Positions 8,852 to 16,520 of a stretch of DNA of 32,000 nt are shown in pieces (within the stretch, counting starts at the first letter, position 1; each line of letters opens with the position of its first letter). The notes beneath the pieces are model-generated. The model saw nothing but the letters and a program-made list of their open reading frames with translations. It searched no databases and was not told the DNA's origin. This DNA is from Planctomycetales bacterium. GTDB taxonomy: Bacteria > 4484-113 > JAFGCY01. The stretch spans positions 2,670,001 through 2,702,000 of the forward strand of contig CP060262.1 in assembly GCA_022646745.1 (NCBI GenBank). The letters are read 5' to 3'. The position numbers and the translations under genes are program-made.

Positions 8852-10087
8852 ATGCATCTTGTTGCCAGAACAGTTTTCCTGCTGCCTGTGCTGTGTTGCC
8901 TGCTAATGCTGCCGGCCTGCGGCTCGGGCGGCGAGAAGCAGGGAAGTGTCGATCCACTGGCCGTTACCTTACATCATCCTGTCAGTACCGGGTCTGACTT
9001 CCCGGGACTTTATGGTTATCAAACTGCAAATATCACTGCTGACATCAGCGGAGGTGTTGCACCTTACAGTCTGACCTGGTTCATGGGAGGAGCTGAAGAG
9101 GACCAGTTCACTGACCTTGATGCCGCAGGTACTGCCATGATCTCAGTCCAGTGGCCATACTTGACTCAGGCAACTTTCTATAATCTGCAACTGCAGGTCA
9201 GTGACGCAGCTGGCAACGTAAGCCAGTCAGGTGTAGAGATCACGGTTGGCCAAGCTCAGGATGTCTGCCTCATATCCATTGACAGCCTCACATACAGCGA
9301 TGGACTGATCCGCGTTAGCGGCAGTGATGCCGATGGTGGCGCGCTGACATTTGCCGCGCAACTGGATTCCGGTGAAGTCATCATCACTGGCCCGTTCAAT
9401 GAAACTGCGACATCAGCGGAGTTCGTTGTTAAGCCCATTGATGTGCTGGAAGGCGGAAACTTCACCGTTACGGTCAGTGCCACTTGCGAGTTAGGTTTCG
9501 AGAATGCCTCAGACTCAGTCTCCGGCTCCTTCGATGCATTCCCATTGGCGGATGACAATCTGTACGCCATTGCCACGACGAACCGGGTGAAAGTTGGAGA
9601 GCCTTTGCTGGTTGTTGTAGCAAGCGGAAAGACTGTTAGTCCGTTTGAATTGGTCAACGTTACGATTTCGTGTGAATCTGGAGCTGAGATCGTCTGGGGA
9701 TCTGGTGATATTGGCATCCCAGACGAAGATGGGCTGCCGGATCAGCCATATGATGGGATCTGGGCTGAGTTGGAAGCTGGTCAGGTGGTGTTTGATCAAC
9801 CTTCACGAGGCGGTTTCATGCCTGTCTTCGATTTTGGTGATGGACCACATTACCCATTCAGGCTACGTATTCATGAAGGACTACCTGTTGCCTCAGTTGG
9901 AATCCTCTTCAACTATCAGTACGTGTTCCATGAGCCTGGCACCTATAGACTGTCAATTTTGGAAAATGAGACTATTCCAACTGATTTTCCGTCCACCTTC
10001 TATAGAGAGTTCAGCACTGGTCCGGACCACTTCTGGTCCGACATCAGCAACAACCATGCCTACAACACGATTGTGGTGGAGCTATGA
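8852..10087 (+). CDS. paralogous surface lipoprotein (PKD-like + cadherin-like + conserved C-terminal module)
   Basis: I chose the internal ATG at 8852 (MHLVARTVFLLPVLCCLLMLPA|CGSGG), which is preceded by GGAGTAGGAG. The track start at 8672 would overlap the previous gene by 176 nt. Contains YSLTWFMGGAEED, GSDADGGALTFAA and ...HFWSDISNNHAYNTIVVEL. Confidence 0.8.
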   Translation: MHLVARTVFLLPVLCCLLMLPACGSGGEKQGSVDPLAVTLHHPVSTGSDFPGLYGYQTANITADISGGVAPYSLTWFMGGAEEDQFTDLDAAGTAMISVQWPYLTQATFYNLQLQVSDAAGNVSQSGVEITVGQAQDVCLISIDSLTYSDGLIRVSGSDADGGALTFAAQLDSGEVIITGPFNETATSAEFVVKPIDVLEGGNFTVTVSATCELGFENASDSVSGSFDAFPLADDNLYAIATTNRVKVGEPLLVVVASGKTVSPFELVNVTISCESGAEIVWGSGDIGIPDEDGLPDQPYDGIWAELEAGQVVFDQPSRGGFMPVFDFGDGPHYPFRLRIHEGLPVASVGILFNYQYVFHEPGTYRLSILENETIPTDFPSTFYREFSTGPDHFWSDISNNHAYNTIVVEL

Positions 10088-11301
10088 GCAGACTAAGCTC
10101 TAAATTAGGTTTCGCTGTTTTCCTGATGGCAATATGCCTGACAGCAGCTTGTGGCAACGGAAAATCCGGTACGGTGGAATTGTCTGTTGAACTCATGCAA
10201 CCTATAGGAACCGGCAGTTTCAGCAGCAATCCACTCGCTCAGCAACCTGGTAGATTCTCCGCCCTGGTCAGTGGTGGCACGGCACCGTATGAGCTTGACT
10301 GGCAGTTTGGTGGATGTGCTGATAACCAGGCTGCCGAAGTCACTGAGGCTGGCATTGTGGAGGCCGACGTGATCTTTTATAACCTGGATGCACCTGCGAC
10401 ATTTACAGCCACAGTTACGGTGGTGGATGCCATTGGCAACAGCGATGTTGATTCCGTCACATTCACTGTTATGGTAGGGACCGATTTGTGCTGGCCGTCC
10501 ATAGATTCGGCGAGATACGAGGATGGCATCATCTCTGTGCACGGTAGTGATCCGAGCGGGAATTCTCTCTACTTTGTCGCAGAGCTGGCCAGTGGCAACG
10601 TGACTGTTGAAGGTCCCTTTAATGAAACTGCGGTCTCTGCAGAGTTCCATGTCAAGGTAAACGACATCCTTGAAGGGGGTAACTTTGTGGTTTCTGTAAC
10701 GGCCAGTTGCGTTGAACTTCCAGGATGGGGCACCGACACAACAGATGTCTTCGGCTCCTTCGATGCCTTTCCGCTGGCGGATGACACTCTGTATGCGATT
10801 GCCACCCAGACCCAGGCCGCTGTCGGCGAGCCGGTGCGCATCGTGGTTGCCACGGGCGACACGGCGTCGTCGTTCCAGTACCTCAATTCCTGCATCCTCA
10901 CCTGGCAGGTGGGAGGCAGCTATGTGGGCCAGTCCTTCGACATCGGCGCGCCGGATGATGTGCCGGAACAGGCAGTGCCGATAGACGGAGTCTGGGGTGA
11001 CATGGGGGCGACGAGCTTCCTGCTGAATTTATTCCCAATCGAAACCATGCCGATCGGAAACGGTCTTCTCGGGACCGGCTTCTACGTCACCCCGCTGGGC
11101 GGCTCGGACATCACAGCCAACGGCCTGCTGTTCAACTTCCAGATGGAGTTCGCGGAACCAGGCACCTATACCATCGGTATCTTGGATAACCCGGAAAGTG
11201 TGGTTTCCCGTACCTACTACCAGGACAGTACGGCAGCAGAAGACTACTTCTGGTCCGACATCAGCAACAACCATGCCTACAACACGATCGTGGTGGAGTA
11301 G
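10084..11301 (+). CDS. paralogous surface lipoprotein (PKD-like + cadherin-like + conserved C-terminal module)
   Basis: 405 aa. ATGA start/stop overlap with the previous gene. Lipobox LTAA|CGNG. Contains YELDWQFGGCADNQ, GSDPSGNSLYFVA and FPLADDTLYAIAT...YFWSDISNNHAYNTIVVE. Confidence 0.85.
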   Translation: MSRLSSKLGFAVFLMAICLTAACGNGKSGTVELSVELMQPIGTGSFSSNPLAQQPGRFSALVSGGTAPYELDWQFGGCADNQAAEVTEAGIVEADVIFYNLDAPATFTATVTVVDAIGNSDVDSVTFTVMVGTDLCWPSIDSARYEDGIISVHGSDPSGNSLYFVAELASGNVTVEGPFNETAVSAEFHVKVNDILEGGNFVVSVTASCVELPGWGTDTTDVFGSFDAFPLADDTLYAIATQTQAAVGEPVRIVVATGDTASSFQYLNSCILTWQVGGSYVGQSFDIGAPDDVPEQAVPIDGVWGDMGATSFLLNLFPIETMPIGNGLLGTGFYVTPLGGSDITANGLLFNFQMEFAEPGTYTIGILDNPESVVSRTYYQDSTAAEDYFWSDISNNHAYNTIVVE

Positions 11302-11382
11302 GGGTGGCTGGCCGGAAGTGCAAGGCAACCCAATGCCGCAGTTTGGACCGGAATTCAGGATTACTTACTAAGGAGGACAGGA

Positions 11383-11586
11383 TTGGCGCCGATAGAGAGG
11401 GGAATTGCGGAGTTTGACCGGGATGTAGCCTGCAATTTCTGCCCGGTACTTCACAGTACAGGGGAAATTATGTACCATCTAGGATGTTCACCGCTGGGTC
11501 AGGGGAATCCTGGACAGTTCGTGGATGACCCGGGTGTCGGACACCTGGTGTCCAGGTTCGGGCGAACTACCGCGACCCGATGGTGA
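11383..11586 (+). CDS. hypothetical small protein (67 aa, TTG start); doubtful
   Basis: AGGAGG (11371-11376) lies 6 nt upstream of TTG 11383, inside the 475-bp gap of the array. There is no recognisable motif and the codon usage is unremarkable. Confidence 0.3.
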   Translation: MAPIERGIAEFDRDVACNFCPVLHSTGEIMYHLGCSPLGQGNPGQFVDDPGVGHLVSRFGRTTATRW

Positions 11587-11687
11587 AATCATGGTAGTAT
11601 TTATTGTTCAGGTGTGACTATATTAATAAGGTATGAATCGGCTGTATTATCCGTTCGTCACGGAATTTACTTTTGTGACAGTTTCTG

Positions 11688-11716
11688 TTGCGGTTTAACT
11701 GAGTATCGGATATAAT
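11688..11716 (+). promoter_or_regulatory. sigma70-type promoter candidate for the last paralog
   Basis: TTGCGG (11688-11693), 17-nt spacer, perfect TATAAT (11711-11716). It sits in the AT-rich stretch of the window, about 60 nt upstream of the GTG start. Confidence 0.45.
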
Positions 11717-11776
11717 TGCCAGACTTAAACCTGTACCGTTCCGACACACCTGTGTATGTGGTTAAGGAGGAATGTT

Positions 11777-12982
11777 GTGAAAAACTTTATCGTCCTGGTG
11801 GCACTTGGGCTTCTCGCTCTTGTGTCAAGCTGCGATACTCTTAACATCGGCAGTGGCCAGCCGCAGAGGCTGTCCATCGAGCTGAGCGCTCCGGTGGCAA
11901 CCGGTGCTAACGCACCGGGCCTGTTCGGTTCTGAGACTGCTACGTTTTCCGCTGCCATTATTGGTGTGAACGGACCGTTCAACATCTCTTGGAACTTCGG
12001 CGGCGCCGCCACCAACACGACCAGCACCCTGGCCGTGGCCGGCACCAGCACCGTCAGCGTGACCTTCGTTGACCTCGCTGCTGCCACTGACTTCACCGCC
12101 ACCGCGACCGTCACCGACGGCGCCGGCGTGAGCCAGTCTGATTCCGTGACCTTCAACGTGGGCGCTACCCAGAACCAGAGCCCGAGCATCGACAGCCTGA
12201 CCTTCGCGGGCGGCACGATCTCCGTCACCGGTTCTGATCCGGATGGCGACAGCCTGACCTTCAGCGCTTCCCTTGACAGCGGCGATGTGACCGTGAGTGG
12301 CCCGAATGGTGCCAACGCGACCAGCGCCAGCTTCGGCGTGAGCCCCAACGACATCCTTGCCGGCGGTAACTTCACCGTGACCGTGACGGCTGATGACGGC
12401 AAGGGCGGCACCGCCTCCGATTCCGTCAGCGGCAGCTTCGACGCCTTCCCGCTGGCTGATGACACCCTGTATGCAATCGCTACCGCTTCCAGCGCCAGCG
12501 CTGGCGGTAACGTCCGCATCGTGATCGCCACCGGTGACACCGCCAACAGCTTCCAGTACCTGAACGGCTGCGGCGTGGTCTGCGAGAACGGCGCTTCCTA
12601 TGCCGCCACCTCCTTCGACGTCGGTACCCCGGATGACACTCCGGACGTTGGCTCCGCCAACCCGATCGACGGCGTGTGGGGCGACATGGGCGCCACCAGC
12701 TTCCTGCTGGCTCCGGATAACTTCATCACCGGCACCGATCTCGGCGACGGCACCAGCCGTACCGACTTCAACGTCACCCCGCTGGGTGGTAGTGACATCA
12801 CTGCGAACGGTCTGCTCTTCAACTTCGAGTACACCTTCGCCAGCGCTGGCACCTACACCCTTGGTTTTGAGGCCGTGAACGTTGTGAGCCGCACCTACTA
12901 CCAGGACAGCACTGCTGCGACGGACTTCTTCTGGGGCGACATCAACAACACCCACGACTACAACACCATTACCGTGAACTAG
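11777..12982 (+). CDS. paralogous surface lipoprotein, probable highly expressed copy
   Basis: GTG 11777 lies 6 nt after a consensus AAGGAGG (11764-11770). The track's ATG at 11756 is the alternative start. Lipobox LVSS|CDT. Contains GPFNISWNFGGAATNTTS and GSDPDGDSLTFSA. The C-terminal module is about 85-90% identical in protein to the 4731 and 5954 genes but recoded with C/G-ending codons. Confidence 0.85.
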   Translation: MKNFIVLVALGLLALVSSCDTLNIGSGQPQRLSIELSAPVATGANAPGLFGSETATFSAAIIGVNGPFNISWNFGGAATNTTSTLAVAGTSTVSVTFVDLAAATDFTATATVTDGAGVSQSDSVTFNVGATQNQSPSIDSLTFAGGTISVTGSDPDGDSLTFSASLDSGDVTVSGPNGANATSASFGVSPNDILAGGNFTVTVTADDGKGGTASDSVSGSFDAFPLADDTLYAIATASSASAGGNVRIVIATGDTANSFQYLNGCGVVCENGASYAATSFDVGTPDDTPDVGSANPIDGVWGDMGATSFLLAPDNFITGTDLGDGTSRTDFNVTPLGGSDITANGLLFNFEYTFASAGTYTLGFEAVNVVSRTYYQDSTAATDFFWGDINNTHDYNTITVN

Positions 12983-12999
12983 TAATTAGCTCGAACACA

Positions 13000-13064
13000 G
13001 GTAACAGGAACCAGGCCCGGTTCGGATGTGGAGTAATCCGCGTCCGGCCGGGCCTGCCGTTACC
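13000..13064 (+). other. long imperfect intercistronic stem-loop
   Basis: GGTAAC...CAGGCCCGG (13012-13020)...CGGAT/ATCCG...CCGGGCCTG (13048-13056)...GTTACC. There is no U-tract after it, so it is not a canonical terminator. Confidence 0.4.
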
Positions 13065-13087
13065 ACCCCCCGGATGATGCAGGCCCA

Positions 13088-13117
13088 TTGTCCGGAAAAA
13101 CAGGAATCCGGTACAAT
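13088..13117 (+). promoter_or_regulatory. weak promoter candidate for the 1035-aa gene
   Basis: TTGTCC (13088-13093), 18-nt spacer, TACAAT (13112-13117). AAGGAG lies just before ATG 13196. Confidence 0.25.
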
Positions 13118-13195
13118 TAATGTTATTGGACTCCCTGTTCAATTCTGTGGGCTGCTAGCTGCCCTGAGGCGGCCGGCCCCGAGAAGGAGAGAAGC

Positions 13196-16100
13196 ATGAC
13201 TTTACGTAAGATGTTTACCGGCGTGCTCTGCATTCTCATCCTGCTGATCAGCGCGAGCTGCTCCAACAGCAAGAATGTTGGACTGTCCCAGCCGGATGAC
13301 CAGCGGAACACCACCGGTGTCAGCGTCGATTCCTTTGAGATCACCCGCTACAACGCGGCTGGTTTCGAGGATGCAAGCCTCAACCAGAGCATCGATGCTT
13401 ACATTGAGCAGGTGGGATCCGAGACTGCATTGGTCATCAGCGTTGATGAGCCGGATGTGGATCGCACGATTGCGCTCAACATCGACTTCGACGGCGTCAA
13501 CATGCATTACGAGCGCACCGAGTTCCACGGTCTGCTTGGCAATGATGACGATGTGCTGGGTGCCAGTTTCGGCCTGACTGAAAGTGTCCAGCTTGGCCAG
13601 ACGGCCATCCGTGACTACGATCCGGGCAGCATCAGTGGCCGCTTCGCCACTGTGTACTTCGCCCCCGGCGCGAGCCGTACGGCGAGTGCAATTCCCGGTG
13701 ATGTCTACAAGAGCAGCACCGGTGTTGCCGTCAACCGTTGCGGTGACAACGCCAGCTTCGTGGCTGACGAGGAAACCGAGAATGAGGCCTGGTTCACCAA
13801 TGGCTGGATGATGGCTGACGGTGACCAGAACGGCCAGTGCACGATTGCCGACATCACCCCGATCGGCATCTACCTGAACCAGAGCTGTGAGACCAACCCG
13901 CTCGCGACCCGTGCGGACTATGACAACAACGGCCAGGTTACGATTTCCGAGCTGACCCCGCTGGGCGTACACCTCAATGAGGGTGTGGCAAGTTATCGTG
14001 TTGGCCTGCGTGATGACGGTGATACCGGCACCACGCTGTCTGCAGAGAAGACCGTTGATCCCAGCGCGGACGCGATTGCCGCATCCGGCACTCCGGCGGT
14101 GGCTGATCTGCGCACGATCTTCCGTCATTACAACGTGGCATCCCTTTTCACCCCTGGTGAAATCGCGGCTGCCAACGTTAATGGCACCAACGGTGTCGAG
14201 ATCTGCGTGATTCCGACCAACACCAACTCTGCCAATGGCACCGGCACCCTGGCATTCGTGCCCTGGGGTGGCACAGTTGTTGGTCAGGATGATGAAATCG
14301 TTGTCACCAACTTCGACATCCAGATGGTGGGTGTCGGCGGCGGCAGCGGTGATGACAGCAACATCTTCGACAGCGGCATCAGCGGCGGTGACGTCACTGC
14401 CAACGCTGACGTGAGCTTCCAGGTGAACGCAATCGAGGGTACCTTCAACGGCCTTGACTTCGATGCCACCACCCTGCCAGAGGGCATGGACGCTGCTCAC
14501 TACGCCAATACCCTGACTGCTGTGCGAGACAATGCGAACTGGACCTTCGGCACTGCCGGAGCTGCCGGCTTCCGCAGTACCTCCGCCTGGGTGACTGACG
14601 GTGCGGGTAATGACCTTGGAGGCGTGGGCGACCCCGGCGCCGGTGTGGTCTTCCCGGATTACGACCCCGAGTCTGACGAGTTCAGCCCCGAGGGTACCCT
14701 GAATGTGAACCTCGCTGCCGCAGCCTCCCTGGCGACCGGCACCGTGGCCAGCAAGAACTACAAGGTCGTCGTGCTTTCCGAGCGTGATTACAACTGGACC
14801 GTGGATGTCCTCCGCGACCCGCAGCAGGCCACCTTTGGCCCGATCCTGAAGCAGGGCTTCGACCCGCAGGATGAGTACGCGCTTGTCATCGGTACCCGTT
14901 CCTTCTTCTTCACCGCCGATTGGGGCGATCTTGGCGTTCCCGCCAACTTCGACAGCATCGAGATGGAGATCTGGAAGGTCGAGGGCACCGGCCCGGGCAA
15001 CTGCTCCCGTGTCAACGACTTCACCTTCACCGAAGGTACCCCCGGTACCGGTGAGTTCGGCATTCGTGAGAACACTGAGAACCCCGGCGAGTACGTGTTT
15101 GAGTACGTCGTCAACGGTGCAAACCTGCAGGGTAGCAGCCAGTACGTGGTGCGCTGGTTCAACGGCGTTGAATGGTCCTCCATCAACATGCCCGAGAACA
15201 AGACCATCCCGTCCGGTCCTGCCCCGGCTGCCGCTGACCTGACCAGCATCCCGAACGCGGGCGGCTACAAGGGCAGCGCGAAGGTCGACTTCCTGCAGAT
15301 CCTCTACCCGAACCCGAAGATCCGCCGCTGGAGCGACGTGTTCCCGAACCCCGAGACTGAGTCAGTCGACGTTGAAAAGGGCCTCGACAACGACGGCGTC
15401 CAGGTTGACAAGACCCTGGCCTTCAATGACATTCTGCGCACCAACGGTGATGAGTTCGCGATCTTCGTGACCCCGATCGACAGCCCGCAGGGCTTCTCGA
15501 TCTGGCCCCAGGTCCTGATCAAGAACTTCACCGCCACCGGCGCCAGCGATGTCACCAGTGCTGACATCCCGCTTGCCACCCCGAGTGGCCCGATCTACTG
15601 GTCAGCCTCGGGCGCCAGCGCGATCATCGTCGCCCAGCACGGTCTTGGCCGAGTTGTGGTGGACATCGCCGGTCTTCCCACCGATGACGGTGAATTCGGC
15701 CCGATCAACTACGGTTTCGGCCTGTTCAGCCCGCAGGGTGTGGATTACCTTGAGGTTGGTGAAGGCACCTTCACCATGTCCCCGGTGGATGGCACCGTGG
15801 CCCCGAACGCGATCAACTGGGGTATCGACGCCTTCGACCGCGAGGAGCGCGACCTTGATAACGGTGATTACAGCAACCACATCCTCAACGGTTCCTTCGT
15901 GAACGACCCGGTCCAGCCCTTCGTGCTGTGGATCGAGTTCAACGGCGGTAACGTCTACGACTGGGAGCAGAACGAGGAGAAGGTCTGGAAGCTCAACGGC
16001 TCGCTGGACAACATCTATGTCCAGGTCAAGGACGTTGACCAGCCTGCTGATGTCCGCATCATGGAGGTTGGCCTGCGCCTTGTGGGTGTGACCCCGACCG

Positions 16101-16303
16101 GAACCTTCCTTGCAATCCACACGATCACCAACCGCGACTTCGTCAAGTTCGGCGCTCCGCCGAGCCAGACCTGGGGCATCCTTGCTCCGGGCCACAAGTA
16201 CGAGGTTTCGGTCAATGACCGTGTCCTCAGCCCCGGCGGCGACAGCTTCGGCACCGGCGCTGCTGACCTGCTGACCGTGATCGGTACCAACCCGAACACC
16301 TAG
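13196..16303 (+). CDS. large lipoprotein with a dockerin-like double EF-hand module
   Basis: 1035 aa. Lipobox LISAS|CSNS. Residues ~208-262 are DGDQNGQCTIADITPIGIYL...DYDNNGQVTISELTPLGVHL: two 12-residue D-x-D-x-N-G-x5-[DE] loops, each followed by a helix, as in type I dockerins. The rest is beta-rich with no recognisable catalytic motif. Codons are strongly biased like those of the 11777 gene. Confidence 0.8.
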   Translation: MTLRKMFTGVLCILILLISASCSNSKNVGLSQPDDQRNTTGVSVDSFEITRYNAAGFEDASLNQSIDAYIEQVGSETALVISVDEPDVDRTIALNIDFDGVNMHYERTEFHGLLGNDDDVLGASFGLTESVQLGQTAIRDYDPGSISGRFATVYFAPGASRTASAIPGDVYKSSTGVAVNRCGDNASFVADEETENEAWFTNGWMMADGDQNGQCTIADITPIGIYLNQSCETNPLATRADYDNNGQVTISELTPLGVHLNEGVASYRVGLRDDGDTGTTLSAEKTVDPSADAIAASGTPAVADLRTIFRHYNVASLFTPGEIAAANVNGTNGVEICVIPTNTNSANGTGTLAFVPWGGTVVGQDDEIVVTNFDIQMVGVGGGSGDDSNIFDSGISGGDVTANADVSFQVNAIEGTFNGLDFDATTLPEGMDAAHYANTLTAVRDNANWTFGTAGAAGFRSTSAWVTDGAGNDLGGVGDPGAGVVFPDYDPESDEFSPEGTLNVNLAAAASLATGTVASKNYKVVVLSERDYNWTVDVLRDPQQATFGPILKQGFDPQDEYALVIGTRSFFFTADWGDLGVPANFDSIEMEIWKVEGTGPGNCSRVNDFTFTEGTPGTGEFGIRENTENPGEYVFEYVVNGANLQGSSQYVVRWFNGVEWSSINMPENKTIPSGPAPAAADLTSIPNAGGYKGSAKVDFLQILYPNPKIRRWSDVFPNPETESVDVEKGLDNDGVQVDKTLAFNDILRTNGDEFAIFVTPIDSPQGFSIWPQVLIKNFTATGASDVTSADIPLATPSGPIYWSASGASAIIVAQHGLGRVVVDIAGLPTDDGEFGPINYGFGLFSPQGVDYLEVGEGTFTMSPVDGTVAPNAINWGIDAFDREERDLDNGDYSNHILNGSFVNDPVQPFVLWIEFNGGNVYDWEQNEEKVWKLNGSLDNIYVQVKDVDQPADVRIMEVGLRLVGVTPTGTFLAIHTITNRDFVKFGAPPSQTWGILAPGHKYEVSVNDRVLSPGGDSFGTGAADLLTVIGTNPNT

Positions 16304-16326
16304 GATCCCCTTTTGAGTGGATTCCC

Positions 16327-16356
16327 GGCCCCCCGCCCCGGCGGGGGGCCTTTTTG
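16327..16356 (+). terminator. rho-independent terminator
   Basis: GGCCCCCCG (16327-16335) pairs with CGGGGGGCC (16342-16350), followed by TTTTTG. It lies 24 nt after the stop of the 1035-aa gene. Confidence 0.85.
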
Positions 16357-16367
16357 CTTTCTGCGGC

Positions 16368-16407
16368 AGTCAATCTGATTGACTTCACCCAGCCACTCTG
16401 GTATCAT
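16368..16407 (+). promoter_or_regulatory. arg operon promoter with an overlapping palindromic operator candidate
   Basis: TTGACT (16379-16384), 17-nt spacer, TATCAT (16402-16407). The perfect palindrome AGTCAAT-CTG-ATTGACT (16368-16384) covers the -35 box. Confidence 0.5.
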
Positions 16408-16417
16408 TCGCGAACCG

Positions 16418-16498
16418 ATGACCCAGATCATCAACAGCATTGAGCGCCGACGCCGCAGCAGCCGCCGACGAGGGCGGGCTGATGGCGCGCGTGGATAG
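16418..16498 (+). CDS. Arg-rich leader peptide candidate (26 codons)
   Basis: ATG 16418 ... TAG 16496-16498 encodes MTQIINSIERRRRSSRRRGRADGARG, with 9 Arg in 26 residues and 8 of them between codons 10 and 20. There is no SD, but the ATG lies only ~10 nt after the -10 box, so the transcript would be near leaderless. Confidence 0.45.
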   Translation: MTQIINSIERRRRSSRRRGRADGARG

Positions 16499-16520
16499 CT
16501 GTATCCCCCACGACATTCAA

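Noticed and set aside
11825-12955. Long antisense ORFs opposite real genes. Examples: 11825-12955(-), 11725-12546(-), 13202-14500(-), 1619-2542(-), 3389-4399(-), 10105-10650(-), 20248-21171(-), 20973-21821(-), 22574-23278(-), 29982-31250(-), 28560-29555(+), 27172-27963(+).
   Set aside because: They are shadow ORFs typical of GC-rich, codon-biased genes. Their translations are low-complexity Arg/Ala/Gly/Val-rich with no motifs, start signals or signal peptides. The opposite strand carries clear family motifs in each case.
13280-13288. GGACTGTCC palindrome resembling the operator half-sites, inside the 1035-aa gene.
   Set aside because: It lies within coding sequence and is only a 9-nt match without the flanking TGT/GCA bases. 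It is most likely chance.
2918-16303. Many N-x-S/T sequons in the array proteins and the 1035-aa protein (NISW, NTTS, FNETAT, GNFTV, FNVTP, NGT, NWT...), suggesting N-glycosylation.
   Set aside because: The proteins are generally Asn/Thr/Ser-rich. None of the sequon positions is conserved in all seven paralogs. There is no oligosaccharyltransferase or HMW1C-like gene in the window. I cannot distinguish this from compositional chance by eye.
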